NCBI GenBank assembly: GCA_964016885.1
Contig: OZ024744.1
Span: 87,668,001 to 87,732,000 of the forward strand
Reading direction: 5' to 3'
DNA: 64,000 nucleotides
From: Eledone cirrhosa
Lineage: Eukaryota
A program made the position numbers and the translations under genes. Below are positions 43,925 to 58,263 of this stretch, piece after piece. Each line of letters starts with the position of its first letter. Position 1 is the stretch's first letter. A model generated the notes under the pieces. It was given only the letters and a program-made list of their open reading frames with translations, was not told where the DNA came from and searched no databases.

Positions 43925-44207
43925 GTGTGTCTACGTGGGTTTATGTGTCTATGTATATGAGTCTGTGTGTGTGTGTTAGCTCATCCCTGCATTTGGATAT
44001 CTGCATGCCATATGTATATTAGCCTGCCGTATATATAGGGCTGTGTTATCGTTTCTAACGATCTGACGAATCCATAAGTCAATGCATGTTTGTATGTATT
44101 TCCTTTACCTCGACCGCCCTTGGTAAAGACAAGTCTGTCGTAATAACCATGATAACAATCAGCAACTGATGATGATTTATCCTACTAATTAGAAACTTAA
44201 AATTATG

Positions 44208-44360
44208 GCTGGGTGTTTAAAAATGTCATTAAAAATCTCGTAGTTCTGGGTTCGATCTAATTCTGAGCCACTTTAGGAATCGCCTCATCTACTATAGCCT
44301 CGACATGATCTAAATAATTACGAGTAAAATGAGAGTGACGAAAACCGTGTAGGAGGATCC
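44208..44360 (+). mobile_element. Degenerate SINE (family C)
   Basis: GGCTGGGTGTTTAA..., B-box-like GGGTTCGATCT, then CTACTATAGCCTCG..GACGAAAAC. Confidence 0.45.
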
Positions 44361-45084
44361 CTTCGAATGGGTGGTACACGTTATGTCTGGGTAGATATAA
44401 ACGCATCATTGATTTAACACCACTAAATTATAATTGAGAGGTTTCAATTGAAACCATTATAGGCCTCCATATCTTGTGAGACCAAAAATCTACACGGAAA
44501 TTATTATTCAAACTCAGGCCTACGTAAGATTCTTTTTTAAAAGATTCACCCTTGCGTACATTTCTCCACTCTCCACGCCACCTATGTTGTCCAAATGTAA
44601 AACAAATGAAAATCTTGGCACTAGAGACGTCGTGGAAGCACTCAGAATACAAAGAGCATCACACGCAATGTTCTAACACATTCCACCAACCAAAGGGGGC
44701 GGCGGCCTACTTTATTTATTGAAATACGAAATTATGAAATGAAAAATTGATCTCGGTGAGATTTAAAATAAGTTTGCAGAGAGCTGCAACAAATACAGCG
44801 TAACATAATGCAATGCTCTAACGAGTCAACCAATTCACCGTATTACCACTTAGTTGTAAAAACCAGTTTTCCAGTTCCATCATTTCTTCACTCATCCGTA
44901 TCTGAGCCACAGCTAAATTGTCATAGCTGCAGCAAGTGCTACTCTGATTAAGACATATAGATATATAATGTCAAGCAGTAGTATTATTTTTTATTCTGCT
45001 GGAAGGAATAACTATATATTCAAAATATGTTTTAAGGTGTGAGCTAAAAAAAGAGAAAAAAAAGGCCTACCTTAATACATCTTT

Positions 45085-45163
<79 letters not shown>

Positions 45164-45310
45164 TTTGAGTTCATGTTGGTTGTATACCAACACCTCAGTA
45201 TGCAGTTCCTCAGTGAATTAACAACCCAACAAGGAACTGGGCATATCAGAGTATTGACAATATTATACACCTAAACAACATATGTACTTGTCTATACCAT
45301 ACTAATTCAA

Positions 45311-45365
45311 ACTGCCTGAAGAGGTCACAGCCAAAGATGGCTGTCACTGAAATATATATAGCAGT
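45311..45365 (+). ncRNA. Minimal type I hammerhead ribozyme
   Basis: ACTGC-CTGAAGA-GGTCACAGCCA aaga TGGCTGTCACT-GAAA-TATATATA^GCAGT: perfect 5-bp helix I, long helix II, palindromic helix III. Confidence 0.82.
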
Positions 45366-45409
45366 AATGAACGAAGCTAAATTTTAATCATTTGACTTTT
45401 ATTTAACTT

Positions 45410-45551
<142 letters not shown>

Positions 45552-45779
45552 TATATATATATAATATATATATATATATAATATATATATATATATAATA
45601 TATATATATAAGGGATAACAAGTTATCGTTATAGGTAATCCAGTTAGATGTTGTAAATACTCCGTATTGTGGATAGTTTTAGCGTACGGCGTTGTTTGAC
45701 TCAACAAGAGGTTTCCTTAGATGACGAGTATATAAGTTCTCGGAAGTTCCTATGTAAGTTAATCTTGGAGTAATAATAG

Positions 45780-46023
45780 TGAAAGAGTGAAGAATAACAT
45801 AGTCAACAGCACACAAAGGGTTTTATTTACAGTATTAACAATTGCTAGTATAATTTTAAACAGATTTTTTGATGATTTGGTTAAACATACATCGTCTTTA
45901 AAATTGAGTGACACGACTTCAAGTGATTAGCAATTTTAAGACAACTTAATCAATGAAACAATTGTTAATACTGTAAATAAAACCCTTTTTGTACTGTTGA
46001 CCATCTTATTCTTCACTCTTTCG
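45780..46023. repeat. Fold-back pLTR-like remnant with degenerate hammerhead on +
   Basis: 45,780-45,845 is the reverse complement of 45,959-46,023. TTGATGA-TTTGGTTAA...TTAATCAAT-GAAA-CAATTGTT-AATACTGT at ~45,860-45,975 (core C3 mutated). Confidence 0.7.
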
Positions 46024-46024
46024 C

Positions 46025-46100
<76 letters not shown>

Positions 46101-46102
<2 letters not shown>

Positions 46103-46210
46103 AAAAGAGTCAGGACCCCGACGGCTGAGTTCCGGTCGTTTCGACAGCTAGATCCGAACAGCTAGCTGTCGAAACAGCCGGAGCTCAGCTCCGGGGTCCT
46201 GACTTTTTCT
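46101..46210. repeat. GC-rich ~50-bp-arm fold-back next to (TA)n
   Basis: AAAGAGTCAGGACCCCG..GTTTCGACAGCTAG / CTAGCTGTCGAAAC..CGGGGTCCTGACTTTT. Confidence 0.88.
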
Positions 46211-46318
46211 TATTACCCACCCTACCACCCTAAGTATTGAGTACTCTGGTAGGTTACGGTACACCTGGCATCTTATCACACCCTCTTTGGTTACACACAC
46301 ACACACACACACACACAC

Positions 46319-46397
<79 letters not shown>

Positions 46398-46402
<5 letters not shown>

Positions 46403-46552
46403 ATAATAATAAATTTGAAGACTAAAATCCAAAGAGGGCTCGATAAGGATAAATATATATCAGATATATAAGAACCGTAGAGAAAATATTTATTAAAATA
46501 ACAGATTAAAGTTTAAGCAAAGAATCGCTGCTTTCACCCTCAACGGGATCTT

Positions 46553-46555
<3 letters not shown>
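46398..46555 (-). repeat. Inverted partner of 51,293-51,450 (hammerhead-bearing pLTR-like sequence)
   Basis: Reverse complement of 51,293-51,450; both ends abut (TA)n. Confidence 0.88.
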
Positions 46556-46600
<45 letters not shown>

Positions 46601-47464
46601 TTTAAAGCGCTAATGTTGTAGCTTAGTCAGGCCATCAGTTATAATAACTTGCAGTATTGCTTACAGCGACCTGTAATGTAATTCAAATGCCACTGTGATC
46701 AATTTTCCTTTAGCTACATCGGGCTATATACAAAAATTAACAGTTGCCCTGTTGCATCAAAGAATTCAAGTCAGCGCCCCCCCCCCCCCCCCGTAGTCAC
46801 AGTTACGAAAATTTGCAAGAGAGAAATGACAGTCTCTCTCTTGTTTACTTTTTTTTCATTTTTTCTTTCTTTCTAAATGCTGTCCACCATGGATAGTAAT
46901 GGGTACCACCGACCTTCATAAAATAACGGAGCCCGCCCGTACAACTTGATTATGATTTGAAGACCTATTGCAAATTAAAACATACAGTTTATTAGAATAA
47001 TAATTAACTCATTTACCGGGCAATATATACCTTGAAAGTGTTCCTTATCTGAACTGGTAGATGGATGTACTAAGTTCAGTACAAATTATTCCACTCACTA
47101 TGAATCATGCTAATACTTGCCAACTGAAGTAAGCTAATAATTTGCTGCCGCCTTTGAATTCAGAAATATAAAGCTTGACACTTTTTTAACAAATACTTTC
47201 TATTCATTTTTGTTTTAAAGAAAATGATTATCTTATTTCAAAATGCTCAAATGTATTACATGAAAATGATAATGAAAATTAATATTTAGTTAAACATATG
47301 GACAAAGAAAGTAGTATTGGAAAGGACTATAAAGGCTATAAATGAGAGGAAAAGGAGGTAAAAAGCAAGGATTATTAGGCAACGAAAAAAAAAAGAGGAA
47401 GGGGGCAGGGTGACAGACTGCACAACTAGGTCACATTTGTGTTTCGACTGCACGCTGTGGACAA

Positions 47465-47760
47465 AATGGCAAAGGCATTTCCATGGACAATGCCAAGTGA
47501 CACCCGCTGCAACAGCTACTCCCCCTCGTGGGGATCCTTCCTAAGACGAGCTGCTGTAATTCCAATTTTACGGAGGAGGCCAGCTGTCCTGGTTCCGAGA
47601 ATGCCTGGGGTCTCAATGGTGACCGCTGCAAAGAATTGGCTGGACAAGCACCGATATTTGCTTGTATTTCCGTCCTCTGCATTGCGTGTCGCAGTACCGG
47701 GGTTTGTGACCGAGGTGACTAAGTTGGAGGCGGAGAACGTGTCGCAGTGTGTCATGAACT
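47465..47760 (-). mobile_element. CRE-like (restriction-like endonuclease) non-LTR retrotransposon 3' fragment
   Basis: THCDTFSASNL...AEDGNTSKYRCL...FAAVTIETPGILG...DPHEGE*LLQRVSLGIVHGNA matches the T..DT...AE..K..KY...F.P..ET.G...QR.S...RGNA C-terminus of CRE-clade elements; one in-frame stop. Confidence 0.72.
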
Positions 47761-48918
47761 GTTGCCTAATAGTCATTTCTCTTTTCTCCCCTTTTCCTCT
47801 CATTTATTCATTTATGACATTATAGTCCTTTATTTTCACCTCCCTATACAACCACATATACCTTTTTTTTCTTTACTTATATTTTTTTTTTATATTTCCA
47901 ACATTGTATATAAGTTTTGTTCGACCAATATCGGGATTTTTTGGGGGAAAAAATTTCCACAAGTGAGCAACGAACAAACTCCAATAAACATCTATCAATT
48001 TGACAGTTTCTCTTTCCACTCAACTTTCATTCGTTTTAGAATATGACTAAAACATTCGTCTCTATTTTCTCATAAAGAATATTTCTTTTGAAATCACTTT
48101 TAGTTATCCCTCATATTTTATTAATGTTTTCCTTTGGTGATGAATTGATTGCCAGATAATTCTGTTGAATATATTTTGTTAATTGAATTAAACTTTGAGT
48201 GGGTTTTTTTTTCAACGATATTGCGACTTCTTTTTAAAATTAAAACAGCATTGAAATCCCCCAATAGTCTTTCTTCACTGCCTGGCACATATCGTATACA
48301 TTATGCGAGGATTAGTATTTTCAATATAATTTAATTTTTCTGTATTGCTTACCCACAGACATTTTGCCTTAATCGTAGTCATAAGCAAATATATTTATTT
48401 AGCAAATGTCGGATTTAATACATTATCCTTTTAACAGACTGAATAACTAATCCTATCTCTAAATATCATTCTTATGTCTCATCATATAAATTTCAAAGAC
48501 AACGTTGTTGTCAATCGTAATCTTCAAAATCAAAATTTTTAATTGTGATTTATTTTTATTTTCAAATATATTGATTATTGATATCATCCACATACACGCA
48601 TTACTGAACATAATTATTAATAATTAGAAAGTTTTGTCAAGATATCATAATCGCTTTTATAAACCAGCAATTTTATAAGCACCCTTGTTTATTTCAGTTT
48701 AATCCCTAATCCCGGTGAACAATGATCTAACAACCCTAGGCTCATGCGGGAACAATCACGTTATAGCTTGCCATATATAATCCATAATCAGATATGAAAT
48801 GTTTAGTATATTAGCTTGGCCTAAAAGCCACAACATTCCCGTTGTTTGTTGATATAGCCAATGATAAAATTACTTTTATTATATATATACATGTACGTAT
48901 ATATAATCTCTCTCTCTC

Positions 48919-48964
<46 letters not shown>

Positions 48965-48972
48965 CCTCTCTC

Positions 48973-49018
<46 letters not shown>

Positions 49019-49089
49019 TCTCTCTCTCTCCCTCTCTCTGAAATATATATATGAAGCCAGTTAAAGTAAATGCTTAATAATGAAATATT

Positions 49090-49159
<70 letters not shown>

Positions 49160-49501
49160 TTCGTTTCTGAATTTGTTTAGCAAGATTCTTTATCTGAAAT
49201 CGTGTGTTGAAACCGATATTGTTATACTTTGGGAGGGTCATGTTGCCAATAAGAAACACACGCACCAGTTGCTTCACTTCAATTTATTATATATTTATAA
49301 ATTTATAAATTTACAAATCCACAAATTTATAAATTTCTGGTTGGTTGGTTGGTTCCACAACCAGATAGTTGTTTATATATAGTCATAGTTGCTTTCACTT
49401 CAATTTATTATATATTTATAAATTTATAAATTTACAAATCTACAAATTTATAAATTTCTGGTTGGTTGGTTGGTTCCACAACCAGATAGTTGTTTATATA
49501 T

Positions 49502-49546
49502 AGTCATAGTCCTTTCGTCACACACTCTGTGACCTCTTCAGTGACT
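49502..49546 (-). ncRNA. Minimal type I hammerhead ribozyme in PLE pLTR
   Basis: Minus strand: AGTCA-CTGAAGA-gGTCAC agagtgt GTGAC-GAAA-GGACTA^TGACT; perfect helices I and II. Confidence 0.82.
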
Positions 49547-49789
49547 GGGGATTCCTTTCTTTGTTTCTGTGCCTTTCCTTTCTTCTGTCCTACGCCATTT
49601 TGTTTCTGTGTGTGTGTTGTGTGCTCAGTTTGCGCATGCGCCACATCCGGGTGTCTGTGTGTGTTTGTGTTCATTTATCTATTTGTTTATTTATTTACAT
49701 GTTGTTGGTTGGTTGTTTGTTCTATGTGTGTGTGTGTTTTCATTTTGTCCTTAATTGTAAGTTGTGATGTTGCTGTTCCACTCATATTT

Positions 49790-50801
49790 TCTATTTAATT
49801 TTGGTTGTAATTCTTTTATGTTTACTGCCTCTGTAATTTGTCTAAACATTGCATCTTTTCTGTGTGTAGATTCTATTTTTATTTCTATGTTCTCTAATTT
49901 ACCCTTGTGTTCTATCTTGGTAGATTACAGATGATTCTTTATTATCTTGAAGGTCTCGCCAGTGTTCATTTATCCGTTCCCCTATACTACGAGCTGTCTC
50001 ACCTATGTACACTATATTTTTGTTTCTACATTGTCCTTCAGTACATCTTATGCTATACACTACATTTCTAGTTTTACAGTTAATATGGGGGCTTATTTTA
50101 CAGGTTATACATTTCTTATCTATACATGAGGGTCTTTGGAACGGGTATGTCTTGCTAATAAGTGTTTTTACGGAGGTACCTGGTCTTTCTACTATCTTAA
50201 TATTGAGTTTATGTTTATTTAGGGCCCTTCTAAATTTGTAGGCTAGTTCGCCTCTAGGGGTTGTATTGATGAACATTACACTCTGGTATTTATTGCTATC
50301 ATACCATGAGTTTATTCTATTAGCCTTGTTCCTAGTTCTTTCTATTCTATTCCAAAATTTGCTCCTATACAAGGGGCAGGTCCCATTTATGTCATTATTT
50401 ACCATTTTTTCCCATTTGGTTCTGGCTCCTCTATACACTCTGATTCTATCTCTCTGATTGTAGCCAGAGAACTGCATACGGTAGGTGAAGTGTTGTATGT
50501 GTCTCTCTAGTTCTTCGGGGTTGCACATGCGGGACACATTTCTCATCACCCGTACCAAATCCGCAATCAGTATATTGATTGTGGTATGGTCCGAAATGGC
50601 CGAGTTTCGGTGGATCAGATGTTTGGAAGTCATGGGTTTGGCATAATGGGAATGGAGGATTTGTTTTTGGTTGTTAATGGTATCTAACCAGAGCTCTGTG
50701 TCTAGTACAGGTAATCTATGGTTGGGGTGTCTACTTGGGTAGTCTATAGTAACTCTAATGCTCTGGTGGATGGAGTTTGCTATTTGCTGGATGCTTTCCA
50801 T
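49790..50801 (-). pseudogene. PLE RT C-terminus + GIY-YIG endonuclease (truncated, frameshifted; possibly Neptune-like)
   Basis: VTIDYPSRH..LPVLDTELW..HYAKPMTS..SA..MQFSGY; CKTRNVVYSIRC..C..YIGETARSIGERINEH; after a frameshift KDAMFRQITEAVNI (~49,860-49,820). Confidence 0.88.
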
Positions 50802-50935
50802 TGTGTTTTTCTCTAGGCTTGTGTATGTACGTATCTGTTTGCGTGTATGTATTTATTTGTTTCTATTACTTCTGTATTGTATTTATTTACTTTGTTCTTA
50901 ACTCTGTAGCGGAGATTCATTTGGTCTCCTAGTTA

Positions 50936-51200
50936 GAATTTTAGTCTACAACTTCTGCTATACCATTTACGTGGTTTTGTCTTTGCGTGCTATTGTTCTC
51001 CACGCTCCACATATGACTTATTATCTTCGTTTTTTCGTTCATTGCCAGAGAATGTCTCTATGCACCACCTAAGAGAACATTAGTCTACGACCTCTTTTAT
51101 ACCATAAACGTGGTTCTGTCTTTGCGCGTAATTGTTTTTCACCGCTCCTATTAATGACGTATTATTCGTTTTTTCCCGTTCTTTGCCAGCGAACGTTTCC
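50936..51200. repeat. Diverged ~140-bp tandem dimer
   Basis: TTAGTCTACAACTTCT..ACGTGGTTTTGTCTTTGCG..TTGCCAG occurs twice. Confidence 0.75.
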
Positions 51201-51287
51201 ACGAACCAAAGTATCGTCTTCCTGTCTTCCTCCGGTTGCAACGTTTTTTGAAATATCCAGTTCTGCGTTTACAGATTGACTTTGTTA

Positions 51288-51336
51288 GTTTCAGAAGATC
51301 CCGTTAAGGGTGAAAGCAGCGATTCATTGCTTAAAC
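51288..51336 (+). ncRNA. Hammerhead-like motif (U4>A variant)
   Basis: GTTT-CAGAAGA-TCCC gttaa GGGT-GAAA-GCAG cgattca TTGCTT^AAAC. The inverted copy at 46.5 kb retains TGAAGA. Confidence 0.55.
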
Positions 51337-51443
51337 CTTAATCTGTTATTTTAATAAATATTTGCTCTACGGTTCTTATATATTTGATATATATTTTCCT
51401 TATCGAGCCCTCTTTAGATTTTAGTCTTCAATTTTATTATTAT

Positions 51444-51533
<90 letters not shown>

Positions 51534-51993
51534 CGTCTCATTCTGACGTCAATAGCCATTTTTTCCTCGTGTGCGTTTTTCGTGATCACGCATGATGTTG
51601 GACTGGCCAGCTTTAAAATTCCCTTTTTGGTATATTAATCTGCGAGAATCCTGGTTATCGAGTTGAGCTCTGCTGATGATGAGTTCCAACCTTGACCATC
51701 TCCGCTGAAAGTTTTCATGAAATAGTTTTACGACTATACAGAGCATTTGAAGTTTTTCCAAATTGAAGGATAGGTATCTTGAACTTTATTTTATCATTAG
51801 TTAAGGCTCTATTGATTTTTCCCTGGATTTCACTAGATTCTGTGGATGAATTTATATCCTGATTCTCTTTAAGATGAGTTTAAATTATTTTTCCCACATC
51901 TTACGTTAACTATTTTTCCCATTTTGACGCTATAGTCACTTATATACTATGGAATGCTGTTCGCTTTTCGTTGCAGTGTTTTCTATGCTTTTC

Positions 51994-52094
<101 letters not shown>

Positions 52095-52107
52095 CATATA
52101 TACACAT

Positions 52108-52360
52108 AAATGGTTAGAGCAGTGGGCTTGCAATGGAAATGTTGTGAGTTCAATTGTCGGACCGGGTGATGTGTTTTTTCCTTGAGTAAGACACTTTATT
52201 TCATGTTGCTCCAGTTTACTCAGCTGTAGAAATGAGTACCAGCCTGCCCGCTCAGCCAGTGGGATGGCGTTATCTTATGGCTAAAAGAGTACGACGTGCT
52301 GTGACCAGCGGCGCCGATTGGCGCCCGACAAACTGGTCGGTCAAGGTGATTAAGGTGATA
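52108..52360 (+). mobile_element. tRNA-derived SINE (family B)
   Basis: AATGGTTAGAGCAG.., GTGAGTTCAATT (B box), CCTTGAGTAAGACACTTTATTTCATGTTGCTCCAGTTTACTCAGCTGTAGAAATGAG; similar to the 43.3-kb copy. Confidence 0.82.
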
Positions 52361-52593
52361 TACATATATATAAAGATTGTTTATATATATATATATATAT
52401 ATTATAAAGCTGAGTGTCGTATGTAAATTCGGTCAACACGTATGTATCCTACACACCTCCCTATAGTTTCTTAGCTTTACTCTCTCCGTCGCTCTTCCCT
52501 CTCTCTATAATAGATCATTCCCCCTCTCTATAATTTAACTGCTTTACTCTCTCTGTCGCTCTTCACTCTCTAATATTATAAAGCTGAGCGTCG

Positions 52594-52625
<32 letters not shown>

Positions 52626-52915
52626 AGCCTCTCTATAATTTAATTGCTTTACTCACTATCTCTCCTCACTATCTATATGACAACACTCTTTTACTTTCCG
52701 TATCTACCTTCAATATATCAACATAGAGATGAGCGTCGTATGTATGTTTATTTCAAAAGGATAACCTCCTTCAAATTCGGTCATCACACAAGCAGGTAAT
52801 ACATTCTTCAAAAGGCAACCCTCTTAGAGAGACAAAGAGTGAAAGAGACAGATTAGGAAAACTACACACATATATAAAGAGAGAGAGAGATAGAGAGAGT
52901 GAGAGAGAGTGAGAG

Positions 52916-52953
<38 letters not shown>

Positions 52954-53010
52954 GAGGGACGGGCAGTAGGTAATACATACATCAAAAATCATTTTGGATA
53001 CAAATATAAT

Positions 53011-53167
53011 ATAATTGTTTCTATTTTAGGCACAAGGCCAGCAATTACCCAGTACATTACTGATACTTTATTTTATCGACCCCGTAAGGATGAAAGGCAA
53101 AGTTAACCTCGGCGGGATTTGAACTCAGATCCTGGTGTCCGACTCTATACCGATACTGCCAATCCAC
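53011..53167 (-). mobile_element. tRNA-derived SINE (family A, internally deleted)
   Basis: ATAATTGTTTCT..GGCACAAGGCCAGCAATT..TTTATCGACCCCGTAAGGATGAAAGGCAAAGTTAACCTCGGCGGGATTTGAACTCAG. Confidence 0.85.
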
Positions 53168-53258
53168 AAATATCATAATATAATGGTTGTAGAAGGAAAA
53201 TACAGAGAAATATAATAATGTATGTATCCCACATACTTCTTCTGTCGTCGCTCACATA

Positions 53259-53311
<53 letters not shown>

Positions 53312-53358
53312 TACACACACCCAGTTTCCGTATATCTCCCTTCAATATATACACACAT

Positions 53359-53444
<86 letters not shown>

Positions 53445-53544
53445 GGAAAACTACACACACACAGAGAGACAGAAAAAGAGAGGGAGGGGAAAGAGGGAGA
53501 TAGGCCATTAGACAGAGAGACATACAATTAAAGTGTTAGTTATA

Positions 53545-54090
<546 letters not shown>

Positions 54091-54093
54091 ATT

Positions 54094-54130
<37 letters not shown>

Positions 54131-54144
54131 ATATAAATATACTT

Positions 54145-54181
<37 letters not shown>

Positions 54182-54313
54182 AATATATATATATATAGTT
54201 GAAAAAAAATGAAAACGAAATTTCATTTCTCACTCTTAGTATGGCACTTACTTAAATGTAAGTATGTATGTATACGTACATACATATATGTATACAGACG
54301 TACAGTAGCATGC

Positions 54314-54350
<37 letters not shown>

Positions 54351-54521
54351 TACACATATGCATACAGGTACACATACATATATGCACGCATCAGTTTAGC
54401 CTACGTTTATTATAACGCCGGCCGCTTTGTTCGTTTGTTTGTCAACAAAGCGAACAGCCTGAATTTATGCCATACGGTGTTAAGGCAACCACGTCACCTT
54501 TTTGTTCAACACTGACACAGG

Positions 54522-54566
54522 AACGATGTACTAGTTTCAAGCTTGTTAGCTATCATCAGCACCGTT
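54522..54566 (-). ncRNA. Minimal type I hammerhead ribozyme, first of 13 minus-strand copies (last at 60,391-60,435)
   Basis: Reverse complement reads AACGGTG-CTGATGA-TAGCTAACAAGCTT-GAAA-CTAGTA^CATCGTT. Confidence 0.9.
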
Positions 54567-54804
54567 TACCCATCTGCCAGATAGTTGAACATTCGAAAGT
54601 ATATACTTTCCTTATGAAAATTAACGGCTGAGCAGCCTAATTTGCATATTGAGTGAGTTAAATCGGTCAGGCATACCGAAAACGATTAGTTGAAAAAAAA
54701 TGAAAACGAAATTTCATTTCTCACTCTTAGTATGGCACTTACTTAAATGTAAGTATGTATGTATACGTACATACATATATGTATACAGACGTACAGTAGC
54801 ATGC

Positions 54805-54839
<35 letters not shown>

Positions 54840-55293
54840 TACACATATGCATACAGGTACACATACATATATGCACGCATCAGTTTAGCCTACGTTTATT
54901 ATAACGCCGGCCGCTTTGTTCGTTTGTTTGTCAACAAAGCGAACAGCCTGAATTTATGCCATACGGTGTTAAGGCAACCACGTCACCTTTTTGTTCAACA
55001 CTGACACAGGAACGATGTACTAGTTTCAAGCTTGTTAGCTATCATCAGCACCGTTTACCCATCTGCCAGATAGTTGAACATTCGAAAGTATATACTTTCC
55101 TTATGAAAATTAACGGCTGAGCAGCCTAATTTGCATATTGAGTGAGTTAAATCGGTCAGGCATACCGAAAACGATTAGTTGAAAAAAAATGAAAACGAAA
55201 TTTCATTTCTCACTCTTAGTATGGCACTTACTTAAATGTAAGTATGTATGTATACGTACATACATATATGTATACAGACGTACAGTAGCATGC

Positions 55294-55328
<35 letters not shown>

Positions 55329-55782
55329 TACACATATGCATACAGGTACACATACATATATGCACGCATCAGTTTAGCCTACGTTTATTATAACGCCGGC
55401 CGCTTTGTTCGTTTGTTTGTCAACAAAGCGAACAGCCTGAATTTATGCCATACGGTGTTAAGGCAACCACGTCACCTTTTTGTTCAACACTGACACAGGA
55501 ACGATGTACTAGTTTCAAGCTTGTTAGCTATCATCAGCACCGTTTACCCATCTGCCAGATAGTTGAACATTCGAAAGTATATACTTTCCTTATGAAAATT
55601 AACGGCTGAGCAGCCTAATTTGCATATTGAGTGAGTTAAATCGGTCAGGCATACCGAAAACGATTAGTTGAAAAAAAATGAAAACGAAATTTCATTTCTC
55701 ACTCTTAGTATGGCACTTACTTAAATGTAAGTATGTATGTATACGTACATACATATATGTATACAGACGTACAGTAGCATGC

Positions 55783-55817
<35 letters not shown>

Positions 55818-56271
55818 TACACATATGCATACAGGTACACATACATATATGCACGCATCAGTTTAGCCTACGTTTATTATAACGCCGGCCGCTTTGTTCG
55901 TTTGTTTGTCAACAAAGCGAACAGCCTGAATTTATGCCATACGGTGTTAAGGCAACCACGTCACCTTTTTGTTCAACACTGACACAGGAACGATGTACTA
56001 GTTTCAAGCTTGTTAGCTATCATCAGCACCGTTTACCCATCTGCCAGATAGTTGAACATTCGAAAGTATATACTTTCCTTATGAAAATTAACGGCTGAGC
56101 AGCCTAATTTGCATATTGAGTGAGTTAAATCGGTCAGGCATACCGAAAACGATTAGTTGAAAAAAAATGAAAACGAAATTTCATTTCTCACTCTTAGTAT
56201 GGCACTTACTTAAATGTAAGTATGTATGTATACGTACATACATATATGTATACAGACGTACAGTAGCATGC

Positions 56272-56306
<35 letters not shown>

Positions 56307-56761
56307 TACACATATGCATACAGGTACACATACATATATGCACGCATCAGTTTAGCCTACGTTTATTATAACGCCGGCCGCTTTGTTCGTTTGTTTGTCA
56401 ACAAAGCGAACAGCCTGAATTTATGCCATACGGTGTTAAGGCAACCACGTCACCTTTTTGTTCAACACTGACACAGGAACGATGTACTAGTTTCAAGCTT
56501 GTTAGCTATCATCAGCACCGTTTACCCATCTGCCAGATAGTTGAACATTCGAAAGTATATACTTTCCTTATGAAAATTAACGGCTGAGCAGCCTAATTTG
56601 CATATTGAGTGAGTTAAATCGGTCAGGCATACCGAAAACGATTAGTTGAAAAAAAAATGAAAACGAAATTTCATTTCTCACTCTTAGTATGGCACTTACT
56701 TAAATGTAAGTATGTATGTATACGTACATACATATATGTATACAGACGTACAGTAGCATGC

Positions 56762-56796
<35 letters not shown>

Positions 56797-57250
56797 TACA
56801 CATATGCATACAGGTACACATACATATATGCACGCATCAGTTTAGCCTACGTTTATTATAACGCCGGCCGCTTTGTTCGTTTGTTTGTCAACAAAGCGAA
56901 CAGCCTGAATTTATGCCATACGGTGTTAAGGCAACCACGTCACCTTTTTGTTCAACACTGACACAGGAACGATGTACTAGTTTCAAGCTTGTTAGCTATC
57001 ATCAGCACCGTTTACCCATCTGCCAGATAGTTGAACATTCGAAAGTATATACTTTCCTTATGAAAATTAACGGCTGAGCAGCCTAATTTGCATATTGAGT
57101 GAGTTAAATCGGTCAGGCATACCGAAAACGATTAGTTGAAAAAAAATGAAAACGAAATTTCATTTCTCACTCTTAGTATGGCACTTACTTAAATGTAAGT
57201 ATGTATGTATACGTACATACATATATGTATACAGACGTACAGTAGCATGC

Positions 57251-57285
<35 letters not shown>

Positions 57286-57739
57286 TACACATATGCATAC
57301 AGGTACACATACATATATGCACGCATCAGTTTAGCCTACGTTTATTATAACGCCGGCCGCTTTGTTCGTTTGTTTGTCAACAAAGCGAACAGCCTGAATT
57401 TATGCCATACGGTGTTAAGGCAACCACGTCACCTTTTTGTTCAACACTGACACAGGAACGATGTACTAGTTTCAAGCTTGTTAGCTATCATCAGCACCGT
57501 TTACCCATCTGCCAGATAGTTGAACATTCGAAAGTATATACTTTCCTTATGAAAATTAACGGCTGAGCAGCCTAATTTGCATATTGAGTGAGTTAAATCG
57601 GTCAGGCATACCGAAAACGATTAGTTGAAAAAAAATGAAAACGAAATTTCATTTCTCACTCTTAGTATGGCACTTACTTAAATGTAAGTATGTATGTATA
57701 CGTACATACATATATGTATACAGACGTACAGTAGCATGC

Positions 57740-57774
<35 letters not shown>

Positions 57775-58228
57775 TACACATATGCATACAGGTACACATA
57801 CATATATGCACGCATCAGTTTAGCCTACGTTTATTATAACGCCGGCCGCTTTGTTCGTTTGTTTGTCAACAAAGCGAACAGCCTGAATTTATGCCATACG
57901 GTGTTAAGGCAACCACGTCACCTTTTTGTTCAACACTGACACAGGAACGATGTACTAGTTTCAAGCTTGTTAGCTATCATCAGCACCGTTTACCCATCTG
58001 CCAGATAGTTGAACATTCGAAAGTATATACTTTCCTTATGAAAATTAACGGCTGAGCAGCCTAATTTGCATATTGAGTGAGTTAAATCGGTCAGGCATAC
58101 CGAAAACGATTAGTTGAAAAAAAATGAAAACGAAATTTCATTTCTCACTCTTAGTATGGCACTTACTTAAATGTAAGTATGTATGTATACGTACATACAT
58201 ATATGTATACAGACGTACAGTAGCATGC

Positions 58229-58263
<35 letters not shown>

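Larger units (their letters stand above)
49268..50810 (-). mobile_element. 5'-truncated Penelope-like element with hammerhead-bearing 3' pLTR and a 121-bp tandem tail duplication
   Basis: RT thumb plus GIY-YIG ORF, followed downstream by an HHR and a duplication (49,268-49,388 / 49,389-49,510). Confidence 0.88.
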
